From: Mytilus edulis
Taxonomy: Eukaryota
Assembly: GCF_963676685.1 (NCBI RefSeq)
Contig: NC_092346.1
Location: forward strand, 102,548,001-102,612,000
Length of the DNA: 64,000 bases
Reading direction: 5' to 3'
Part shown: positions 13,673 through 25,423 of the stretch, one piece after another
Layout of the letters: each line of letters begins with the position of its first letter
How positions within the stretch are numbered: position 1 is the first letter of the stretch
Program-made: the position numbers and the translations under genes
The notes under the pieces: generated by a model
Databases searched by the model: none
What the model saw: the letters and a program-made list of their open reading frames with translations, nothing else
Told to the model about the DNA's origin: nothing

Positions 13673-16600
13673 ATGGCTTCATTAGACATAAACAAGTTAG
13701 ATTTATATGCTATTCTTGACGTATCTGAAGAGGCTACAGAAAAAGAGGTAAAAGAGGGACGAAATATCAATAATCAAATATACCAGAGGGACAGTCAAAC
13801 TCATAAATCGAAAATAAACGGACAAAGCCATGGCTAAAAATGAAAAAGACAAACAGACAAACAATAGTACACATGACACAACATAGAAAAAAGAAAGAAT
13901 AATCAACACGAACCCTACAAAAAACTAGGGGTGATCTCAGGTGCTCCTGAAGGGTAATTTATACTTAAAAATTGTCTTTATTATAAGATGATTGCCAAAT
14001 TTATTAGACAACTCTCCAGAATACAGAACTCTCCGTCCAAGTCACAATTTGTGAACCATTATAGGTCAAAGTAGAGCATTCACGGCGCCTTGGCTCACAT
14101 CGAACAGCAAACTATAAATAGTGTATCTTTTTAGGCTTTTATAGCTGACTATGCCGTATGGGCTATGCCCGTTGTTGAAGGCCGTAGGGTGACCTATAGG
14201 TAATTTCTGTGTCATTTGTTTTCTTACAGAGAGTTGTCTCATTGGCAATCATAGAATTTCTTCTTTTTTATATATGTAACACTCAGAAATGTGTCCTTCC
14301 CCCAAACGTGTCCGATTTCCCCAAATGTGTCCACATAACGTCACTGAACTGCAAAACATGTCTAAATGTAAAAGGGTGCCACAGTTACTTTAGGTCAAAG
14401 CCTGGTTAAAGTGTGGGCGTCTGTTCTACTATTTTGGATGTGAATGTAAGCAGCCATGCTCAGTTAAATTATAGGTATTAAATCAGATACCTCGTGTAGA
14501 TGAATGTCTCATTCTGTGCGCCAGAAAATCCTTTGTAGTATTTTACTATTTCTGCTAAAATTGAATTCCGCCGTGCAATATTTGGATTAATATAAAAGCA
14601 TCATTGGAGTTTATTAGTATAAAATAGTTAACTTACTAGTCGTAAACATTTAATTCAACTGTACTGAAAATATGTGTATGTTCGCTCCTAATGAGCATGA
14701 AATACATACAACTGGACAAAGCATTTTCAATCAAAAGAGAATTTTATGTTACAGATTAAATTTGAAACGTAAATGTTATTGATGTCATTTAGGATGTTCG
14801 TGCATTAGCGCTAAAAGACGTGTGACGTTTTGGCTTTTAACAGTGGACACGTTAAGATAAATTACAATTATCAGACATTGTTTGTGGTTGTGAAATCGGA
14901 CATGTTTTGGCAAAATTGAATATTATGGACACGTTTAGGGGAAAAAGACATGTTTGGGAGAATGGACACGTTTGGGGGGAAGGACACTTTTGGGAGTGTT
15001 ACATATATAATGTTGTTTTGTTACGATTGTTAATTTTCATTATTTTGTTGTTTTTTTTTGTGGTGGAACTGTTCAACATACGCAAGTTTTGTTACCCTTT
15101 AAAAGTTGTAAAGATCCGGAGAAGAAGCTATAAAGACCCCCAAATATGACTGGTGTAAATCCATTCAAAAAGGGAAATTAACAGATTCAAATCTGAATCA
15201 AAAACAAGAAACACTTGTCTTATGAACCACAACAGCAAAAGACAACTACTGACCAACAGGTTCCTGACTGTCAATATCAACCAGGTTGGGAACCTTTAAA
15301 ATGAGGGATATCCCTTCAACAAGGAACTGTTCCTCAGACAAGGGGTTATTTTGCTGCTATAGAAAAAAAAATGTGACAGAGTCAAAAGAGTCAGAGAAAA
15401 ACTTAGTCTTTTTAACTTAAAAGAGTGAAAATTCATAATATAAATTTTGGAACAAGTTCGACTACCTAATAAATAATAATAAAGAAGATTGAAGTGCATG
15501 TACATTTTTATATTCCAAATTTCGTGGATATATGTTTTGTCGATATAATACCAGATAGACATATTGTTTGGGAAAAATTTTCTGAAAATAATGTAAACAT
15601 GGGATATGTGCCCTTTTGTACTAAAAATTTGTTTAAAAAAAACCTGCTTGAAATTTTCCCTTTATAAAAGGGGTACTCATTATTTTGAGGGGTCACCCAA
15701 ACCTGTTGACATGATGAGCAATATCATACACAAAGTCTAGGTATTTAAAACTTTTCCATGTACACAGATAAAATTAAAGAAACATGTATTTTTTTGCACT
15801 GATTCTTGTTCCCACCAGGTCATTTGATGATCCTCCAAAAAGTCAAAGAGGGAGTCTAAGCCCTGGTTATGGTATGAGGTAGTCAGTAAAAGTGGAATTT
15901 GCTGGGAAAATATGCATTGCTTAACCAGAAATCTTACAAATGTATTTTACAAATGATGTTCTTTTTATTCCATATTTTTCAACAAACATTAATGCACTTG
16001 CTGCAGAATGAAATGTTTTATCTCATGTCTATTAATAAAGTTTTTTGTTCTAACATCACCAATAATGATAAACATCACCAATAATGATAAACATCACCAA
16101 TAATGATAAACATCACCAATAATGATAAACATCACCAATAATGATAAATATCGCCAATAATGATAAACATCACCAATAATGATAAACATCACCAATAATG
16201 ATAAACATCACCAATAATGATAAACATCACCAATAATGATAAATATCGCCAATAATGATAAACATCACCAATAATGATAAACATCACCAATAATTATAAA
16301 TTTGAGGTTTATTGATTTGGCCTAAAATTTAATGCTAACAACATTATTATCATGCACTACAGTTTGTGTATTTCTATTTTTCCTGGTAAAAGATTCATTT
16401 ATCATGTTTATGTTGGAAACTAAAATACATTCACATCTTAGATATCTAATTTTATGTCCTTTTATTTCAGCTTGTGAAAGCATACAGAAAACGTGCATTA
16501 AAATGCCATCCTGACAAAAATCCTGATGACCCAAATGCAGGTATGGGAAAATATTGGCAGTAAATAAGACTATTTTTCATGGTTTTTGCATATTAAATTA

Positions 16601-19600
16601 ATGCTTCTTAATTAGAAATATTTGCTTTTCATATGAAGTATTTATGAATAAGTGTTGTATTTTTTTGCATGAGCCATATTTAATAATTTTGTATGATTAA
16701 TCAGACAATTATTGATATCTCGCATACGTAATGTTATATGTTACAGGTATATGATTAGCAGTATGACATTGTATGATTAAACAATGTATTACCCTATTCA
16801 CTGTAGAAAGAAAACCAACTTTCATATCCCTTGCATATAAGTTATATCATAAATTACTGCTTCAGTATTAAGTATATTACGTTGCTGGTGTGTTTTTCTC
16901 AATTAGACCTTGATTGTTGTGTTTTATACAGATTTTATACTTTCTTTTTTTCAGCTGAATTATTCCATAAGTTATCCAAGGCCTTAGAACTGTTAACAGA
17001 TCCTGCTGCACGTGTAAGATTTTCTTTAATATACAAAACAAAATAAAATAAGATAGATTTTTTTTTTAAACAAGACAAATATTTTCCTTTGGACTTGTTA
17101 AATTTTATTCTCTCATTAATAAATGACATTATTTATTACAAATTCACATTTTACAATTATGTTTTCAATACTGAAGATTAAAATTGGTTTTAAATAATTC
17201 CAAATGCAAAATAGGAATAGTTTCAAAGAACTATATTTAGTAGGAATTTGTGGGCAGTGAATTCCATTGAAAAGAGTATTTATCGTGAAAATTGCATATT
17301 TAGTCAAATTGTTTTGAATGAGAAATATATTTAATATTATTACATAGGCAGCTTATGACAAAGCTCAAAAAGCAAAGAAAGCAGCACAGAAAAGACACAG
17401 AGAACTTGACAAGAAAAGACAAAAACTAAAAGAAGGTGACAGTCATTTTTAAGTTTCTCTTTTGTATAAGTCTGTTTGTTTTCTGGGTAGTTGCTTAAAG
17501 AACCTTGTTCTGCAAAAAGTGAGAGGCATTAATAAAGAAAAGAGTTTATATTGGGGTTAATCTGATTAATATGATAATCAATGTGCTACTGTTACTATGA
17601 GTATGAATTGAAAGTTTCAATCAATATTATGATTAGGTTGGAAAAATGTCATGTAATGGGTGGCTTAGCTGAATCATTGCAGACTTCATGAAGCATAATA
17701 ATATCCGTTCTTATGAAAGCTGTAAATTTTTCTGTTTGAAGGGAATTGAAGTATAATTTCCATTATTTCTTTCAAAATTAAATAGAATTTTATCAGTTTT
17801 ATTTATAAATTGTCATTTAATTTTGATTGTAGATTTAGAATTACGTGAAGGAGAGGTTTTTAAACAAAAGGAAACTGAATTTACAGCAACAAGAAATTTA
17901 GCAGCAGAGGTTAGATATTTAAACTGTGAACACATGTTAAAATAAAAAGATGTGGTACGATTGCCAATGAGACAATTCTCAACCAGACACCAAATAACAC
18001 AGAAGTTAAAGTTCTTTTGAATCAGTCTGATGTTTACCTCAGGAAAGTAAATCAAGGATTAGGAAATTGTTAAAAACATTAAATGGTTGAAGTTATCTTT
18101 AATAATGAAGTTAGATTATGAACTTCCTTCTCATTTTTAGCGCACTTGACCTAAAGGGCCATTGATAAATTAAAACACCAAGAAAAAAGTTATCAGCAAG
18201 AAAGGATCATCAAATAACTTTTATTTTGTTGAAATCTTTGGTATACCCTTGATAAGAGCCATTACATATAAATTACAACTATTTTACAAATAAAAACCAC
18301 TTGTTTAATCGTACCACAGGAAAATGTGTCTGTTCAAAGTTATGCCTTAACTAAAGGAGGAAATAGTTTATTAATATAGTATGTTGTTTAATCTTTATAG
18401 GTTGAGAGACTGAGGAAAGAAGGCTCACGATTACTGGAGGAAGAACAAAATTTACTGAAGGAACAGATAAAGAAAGGGAATGAGAGAATAATTATAGATG
18501 ATGTAGCTGAAGAAATAAAGACACCAAAATTAAAGGTATTAGTTATTTTTGTTCTGATGTCATCAGGCGAAACTGTAAAAACAAATGACATGTTTTTTGG
18601 ATTATAAGATTTGTTTGCAGTTTATTTTTCTTAATTTGTCAAGGTTGTCATTCTAGCCTCAGACATAGAACAGTCAAACCTTCTTTTTTTTTATAAATTT
18701 TGATATACTTATATATTTTTTCAAAATCATTTACCACATTTACTTCAGTTGTTCCTTGAAGTAATTTATTGTATACAGAATTTCATTCAATTTACTCTGA
18801 TTATATACTATCACTGAGAAATAATAATGTTTACTTCTTTTGAGACTACTACATGTAGAATGTGTGAGCACTTTTTGGAAAGTTTGCTATAGCAATAAAC
18901 TTTCTTAAGGCATCAGCCTCTAACCGGAAGAGGACAGATTATCTTACTTTAGGAAGTGTGTCCTACTTCTAGATAATGTAGTACTGGTGTTTGAAAACTA
19001 ATAATAGAAAGATGCTTTTGAAATTGTGAGCTCTTCTATTTTAATAGCATACAGCTTGAATTAAAATGTACTGAATTTTCATCGATAAATCAAATAATTC
19101 AACTTCATTTTGAAAATGGCAAACAAACCCTACTTCGTGGATCTGCGCTACGCGGAAAGTAAAATCAATACACACACGAGACAGCAGTTTCTACATTATG
19201 CTTTTATCGGTATTCTCCAGACATGCGTCAGATCCATATATGTGTGCCTCCAAATGGGAGTACTATAATCCTGGTTTCACAGGTTTCCTACCTTCCTCCA
19301 GTTGAAGAGGTTATTAATACGGTGTTTAAAATACTTCATGAATGAGCATTATTCGACACTTACTACGATTTTTACAAATGTTTATTCAAAGCCCTAGAGT
19401 ATCGGAAGTGTCATAGTATCTCATGTCATTTCGGCCCACAGGCCTTTTACATATTCGGCATTAGAAATCGGACTATAACGAAATTCTATTAAGAATCCTA
19501 AACAAAGTTTTTGTTCAGTTCTTATTATTTTTCTACTTGGGGTCTATTTAGGTGTATTTTGAGGGGCCAACAGAAGGGAGGAATTAACTATAGAACCCTA

Positions 19601-22600
19601 CGGGATTTTTTATTTTTATTTTCAAATGACTATAACTTGAAAACAGTAAGTGACAGACACACATGACTTTCAGTAATGATCACAGGACCATAAAACAAAT
19701 CAAATTAAATTTAGGTTGAGTCCATGGGGTCACCCAACCCAACCCCTCATGTTTGAGAACTTAAAAACAGTCAAGATCCCCACCCCTTAACCATATATAT
19801 TCTTATACGTTTCAATTAAACAAATCAAATCAAATAAAAGGCGAGTCCCCTGGGGTCACTCTCACCCCCTGGTTGTTTGAGAACTTGTTAACAGTTGAGA
19901 TCCCCCCTGACCAGTTGAGGTCAGTCACCGCACCCCTTTCTTTTTGAAAACTTGTAAACAGTCAAGATCTCCACCCCTAAACCATATATATTTTTGTATG
20001 TGGCAACAAAACAAATCAATGATATAAAGTGGGTGTCCGTTTGGGTCAGCCCCACCCCCTCATGTTTGAGAACTTGGAAACGGTCGAGATCCCCACCCGT
20101 AAACCATATTTAATTTTGTATGGGGCAACAAAACAAATAAAATAAAGTGGGAGTCCTTTTCGGTCAGCCCCACCCCTTCATGTTTGAGAACTTGGAAACG
20201 GTCGACATCCCCACCCTTAAATCATATAAATGTATATTTTTGTATGGGGCAACAAAACAAATAAAATAAAGTGGGAGTCCTTTTCGGTCAGTCCCACCCC
20301 TTCATGTTTGAGAACTTGGAAACGGTCGAGATCCCCACCCTTAAATCATATAAATGTATATTTTTGTATGGGGCAACAAAACATATCAAATGAATAAAGT
20401 GGGAGTCCCTTTGGGTCATCCTCACCCCCTGTTGTTTGACAACTTGGAAATGGTCAAGATCCCTACCCCTTAACCATATATATTCTTGTACAGGACAATA
20501 GAACACATCAAATGAAATAGAAGGTGAGTCCCCAGGGGTCACTCCCACCCCCTTGTTGTTTGAGAACTTGTAAACAGTTGAGATTCCTACCCACAAACCA
20601 TATATATTTTTGTATGGGACTATAAATAAATCAAATGAAATATAGAAGTCCACAGGGGTGACCCCACCCCTCTTTTTTTTTAAAACTTGTAAACGGTCGA
20701 GATCCCCACCCCTAAACCATATATATTCTTTTATGGGGCAACAAAACAAATTAAACAAAATATAGTGGGAGTCCCTCTGGGTCATCTGCAACCCCTCATG
20801 TTTGAGAACTTGTAAACGGTTGAGATCCCCACCCTTCAACCATAAATATTCTTGTATTGGACAATGAAATGAATAAAATGAAATATAAGGAGAGTCCCTC
20901 GGTGTCACCCTACCCAATCCTGTTTTGAGAACTTGTAAACAGTCAAGATCCACCCCCTTCCTTTCGAAAACTTGAAAACTGTTGAGATCCCCACACTGAA
21001 ATAACATATATTCTTGTACGGAATAATAAAACAAATCAGATGAAATAAAGGCTTGTCCCCTAGGGTCACTCTTACCCCTACCTCCTGCCTGTTTGAGAAC
21101 TTGTAAACTGTCTAGATCCCCACCCCTAAATCATGAAAACTGTACATGATTTCAAGAAGATTTGTATGACATACAGGTGTAATACCTAGACGTCACTTGT
21201 GCATATCACTTTACTAGACCAGACCAATTTGTATTGTACTTTGCCTAATGTCAGGCGACTGTGGGTGACTAATTTTGAGAGCTTTGTCTGGGAGACTTCG
21301 TAGCAGCATCCTGTTACAATTATTTCTTGATAAAGTTGTTTTTTTTAAGTTAACCACATCTACACATTTACAATCTATTTGAAATATTACAATCTACCGT
21401 TGCAAACTTTCCACAGGTGCTATCCAGCACTTTGATTTAGGACATTGTGTGTGTTTATTTATTGTTTGAATTTCTATTCTTGCATAGTTAACCGAGAGGA
21501 TATATTTGATTTTAGATTAAATGGAAGGCCAAGAAGGGTGATGATAGTAATGGAGGCTACTCATCTGATGTTCTACACAATCTTTTACACAAGGTTTGTA
21601 TTATATCAAATGCTGTATTGTGATTAAGAAAAAAATAAGACTTCAATTGCTGGTGCAGGGGTTAATAGTGAACCTTTCATATAACAAAAGCCATGATTTT
21701 CATTGTAAAATCCCTCCATTGGGATACTTTAAATGTAAAAAAGTTCTTTTAAAGGTTCTGCAAATTACAACTAGTGGTTAAGAAAAGGGTTGTGGATAAC
21801 AGATGTATATCCCTTTTGCACTGGCACTTATTCCTGATTTTATAAATACCTATATACCTTTATATAACACTAAAATATGCTGTACATGTACATCTACAGT
21901 AATCATATACAAAATGATGTATAACCCACCTAAATTTACTGCCTTGTGTAATATTAAGGTGTATATGTAAAAATTCAGAGACAATTTAGATATCTTGATT
22001 ACAAAAAAAGATAATTTTCCTTGTAGTGTTATAACAATTCAGTATATTTTTAGTATGGTGATGTTCTGAACTTGATTATCTCCAGTAAAAGAAATGGTAG
22101 TGGTATTGTAGAGTTCAAGGACAGAAATGCTGCTGTAAGTCTGGATTTTATTCCCCTAAAATGTATTTGACAACTGACTATTCTAGCACATCAGTATTTT
22201 TTTAATTACACTAAATTGTATGCTACATAAGTGAGTAAAATTCATTTCACATAATATCCAAGTTCTTATTTTACATTAACCTTGGACTCCCAAGGGTGAC
22301 TGGGGAAAATTAATAATGGTCACTTTTGGTCTTCTTCCAGCTCTGTGAATTGTACAAGAACCAGTCATATACAGTAAACAAAAGTAAAACCTTAAATTTG
22401 ATGTCTCATGTAAACAGAGTGCCAAACTCTTTGTACATCAAAAAACCCTTGTGACAACTCTTTGAGGGGTCGGTTAGTGGCCTGTTCAAAGGCAAAATTT
22501 CAGTCCCTATCTAATTCACCCTCATTTTCCAATGGCAGTCTATATTTCCTAGACCTTCATTCTAAACAGCCTCTATTACAGGACCTACCTATTGTATTTG

Positions 22601-24433
22601 TTGTTGAACTCTTGTTTTCCTGAACATACATGAAATATTTGTCACTGGACATTTAATAACCTCCAATCAATGATATTCTTTGGTAGAGTTTTTTTCCACT
22701 TTTCACAATTTTGATGAGCAAAAAAAAATTCTAAGGTCATTTGTCCTTGGTTTGAAGATCTCATTTACCAGAAATTCCCCCACACTCAAATTTTAAAGTT
22801 GATCTTAAATCATTTAATAGTGTCATCGTAAAAAGAGACAATAATAAATAACTTTTTTTCAGAGCATGGCAGCTCAGTTTGAAAAGGGTCTAGTAGAAAA
22901 CCCCTTGACATTTATTTGGCTTGATGGACAAGTTGAAGCTACTACTACTACAAGTCAGGTATAAACAGATTTTTACTTACATTGTATTTACTTTTGTTTT
23001 TTGGGGGGATGAAATATAACAGTTTACTTTAGAAAATTCTATTAAAAAATGTTTTAGTAAGAGATTATACTGGTAATATGTTTAAGTATTAAAATCATTG
23101 CTTGCTTACCCTGTGTTAAAGTTTTCACTAAAGACAATATGTTTTGTTAATGTTAACCTTTATGAATAATATCAAAACTTACCACTAACGCTTTATATTG
23201 AAAATGTATATTGTTTTCCTTAGAGTTAATTTTTATGAATGATTTACATACAATCTAGTTGTTTCAATTGCAATCTTAGTAGAAATTTATATTATTAAAA
23301 AACGCATTTTGATAATATATCTCTTTAAGTATAAGCATGTTCACAAATTTTTTTCATAGGGGAAAGTCAATTTATGTATTTGTTACAGAATAAATAATGG
23401 GGAAAGATCCGTTTGCGCCAAAAATGCGTCCTTTTGCGCCACAACTTTTTTTCTCCAATGCTACATTTGCGCCACCTGTTTTAAAATTACATGGTATCAT
23501 TTGTGCCAAAAATAAAACATACGATTGCGCCAATTAGAAGAAAAATGACTTCTCCCCTCCTTTATTTGGACTTGAAACCGGTAGTTTACACGGCACATGT
23601 TTCCTTTTCTGAAGCATACTTTCTTCTTACTGCTGCTGCATGGGTACTTCCCCATTTAATGTATATAGTAGCTTGTAACTTCACTTTATTGTCCAAAAAG
23701 ACAAAAATTGAAGAATGAACTGCATGAAACAGTTCATAATAATTCCTGTTGAATGCTTCTGCTCCATTACTGGTACGTCTTGCGGTAGATATAGTTTCAG
23801 CCCATACGGATGGTTGGAACAAAGCACTGTGTCATCAACATATGTGGCTAAAACATAATCAGCAAAAGCTTCTATTTTCTTCTCTTTTTGCATATCTTGT
23901 ATTAAATATTTTATTTTATTTTCTTCTCCCTGTATACAAGGACTGACTAATGCATTTCAAGTCATTTCTCTCCAGATGTTCATCTTCATGACGAAATATC
24001 TCCGAATGTATGATACTTTTTAAGCCAAAAATAAGAATAAATATTAATCATTAATATTTATTATTATAGATATATGTACAGGTAAATTGGCGCAAATTAG
24101 TTCAGAATATTGGCGCAATTGATACGTTTGGAAAACAAAATTTGCCGCAAATAATACCCCTGAAAAACTAATTGGCGCAAAAGGACTGCTGCCAAATAAT
24201 GGTTGGTGCTTCAATAAATATTAAACTTCTTCAACTTTTTATATTTACACAAAAGGCACATAAACAAACAAAATCACAATTTATTTATAATATTTTTTAA
24301 TTTTTTTTCACAGCCCACTGTTCTTTCAAGTGATGACACTGACTTTGAGAGCATAGTCCTTCGTAAGATGAGACAAGCTGAGGAGAGAAAAAGATTGATA
24401 GAACAAATGAAAGAAGAAGACGGAAATAGCTAA
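13673..24433 (+). CDS. DNAJC17: DnaJ homolog subfamily C member 17 (J-domain + RRM-like), complete, 292 aa
   Basis: Exons 13673-13747, 16471-16540, 16955-17013, 17348-17435, 17833-17909, 18401-18535, 21516-21593, 22054-22134, 22863-22958 and 24314-24433 total 879 nt in frame. Motifs: DLYAIL...[46 protein letters not shown]; [15 protein letters not shown]; TPKLKIKWK...GGYS...[12 protein letters not shown]; [23 protein letters not shown]. All match DNAJC17 as I recall it. AATAAA at 24713. Confidence 0.96.
13752..13955. repeat. Dispersed repeat inserted a few bases after the DNAJC17 exon 1 donor
   Basis: ACAACATAGAAAA...ACGAACCC..CAAAAACT.GGGGT.ATCTCA..TG.TCC.GAAG.GTAA is also present at ~11860-12030. 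Confidence 0.6.
14275..15003. mobile_element. Non-autonomous TIR element with TGT...ACA ends and TATA flanks (Ginger-like or TA-targeting MITE)
   Basis: TGTAACACTC.AAATGTGTCCTTCCCCCAAACGTGTCC at 14275 is the reverse complement of GGACACGTTTGGGGGAAGGACACTTTTGGGAGTGTTACA ending at 15003. TATA lies on both sides. Confidence 0.8.
16052..16297. repeat. 19-bp minisatellite AACATCACCAATAATGATA, ~13 copies, DNAJC17 intron 1
   Basis: Read directly from the sequence. Confidence 0.95.
19720..21130. repeat. Degenerate ~120-bp tandem repeat, ~11 copies, DNAJC17 intron 6
   Basis: Recurrent TGTTTGAGAACTTG.AAAC.GTC.AGATCCCCACCC.TAA.CCATATATATT. The ORF 20288-21034 is its translation. Confidence 0.9.
23401..24193 (-). 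mobile_element. Mutator/MULE element, internally deleted, with transposase C-terminal remnant
   Basis: Perfect 9-bp TSD AAATAATGG at 23392-23400 and 24194-24202. Imperfect TIRs GGAAAGATCCGTTTGCGCCA / TGGCGCAAAAGGACTGCTGCC with subterminal TTTGCGCCA repeats. Frameshifted peptides [12 protein letters not shown] / FQPSVWA...[12 protein letters not shown]...HSSIFVFL resemble MULE transposase. Confidence 0.85.
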
Positions 24434-25423
24434 TGAGATTAAATATCAGATTCTAGGACTGATAAGACTGCACTGCTACTGTTTTGGATGATATACAGTT
24501 GATGGAACATGATGATGACAATTAAAACAAGTAGTCAGAAAGTCAGCAGATAATTTTTCAATTGACTTCAAACTAGAAATTAAAAGTTAATGACTTCCTG
24601 AAGAAGTTATGAGTGATAACCCAAACTGTCACCAAACATGATTGCCAGCAGTACCGAAGATAAAAAAAAATTGGAGAAAAAATAGAATGAAAAAGTTTGC
24701 TACACAAGTTTGAATAAATGATACCACTGTTATGCTTCAAGTGATTTCTATGTTTCCTTTTTTCATTGTTACATCAGACAAAGTCATTGCCCAATTGAAT
24801 TTTAAGAAATCTTTCTGCCTACTTGTGAGGAAATGACTTCTTTTTATGCCACCGTGGTAGCAGAAGGGGCATTAAGTTTTACCCTTATCCTTCCATCCTT
24901 TCCTTTGTCTGCATGTCACTCACTTTTGTTTGCCTCAAACAAATGGTATAAAACTTATACACTATGCTTATTAAAACAAAACACAGATCAAGTTAGAATT
25001 TTTGTGGTGTCACTTTTACTAGAGTTATGCCCCTGTACAGATGGAAAAATGGCTGAATTCATTTCATTCCATAATTAAAATTTGCCTCACTGAAATGATA
25101 TGAAACTTATACACAATGGTTATAACTGCAAAACTCAGATTAAGTACTTATTTTGGTAATAACTTTTCTATTTCTGAGTTATGTCCCCCTATAATGTTAT
25201 GCAAAAAGGAGGTGCATCATCTGTGTCTCATGGACACATTCCCCATTTATTTTATGCGTCATTAACATTTTTCTGTGATTAACTCGTTGATTTTAGTTCT
25301 ATTACTTATTTGCTCAGACCTAAAGGACTTTTCAGTGTGATATTTCAATACTTCAGTAACAGAGGTTGCTAATGACAAATGTATATCTTAACTGATACAT
25401 TCTAGAAATCACAGATTTATCTA

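Noticed and set aside
20288-21034. 248-aa ORF, the longest in the track
   Set aside because: It is the translation of a degenerate ~120-bp intronic tandem repeat antisense to DNAJC17, with no recognisable domain.
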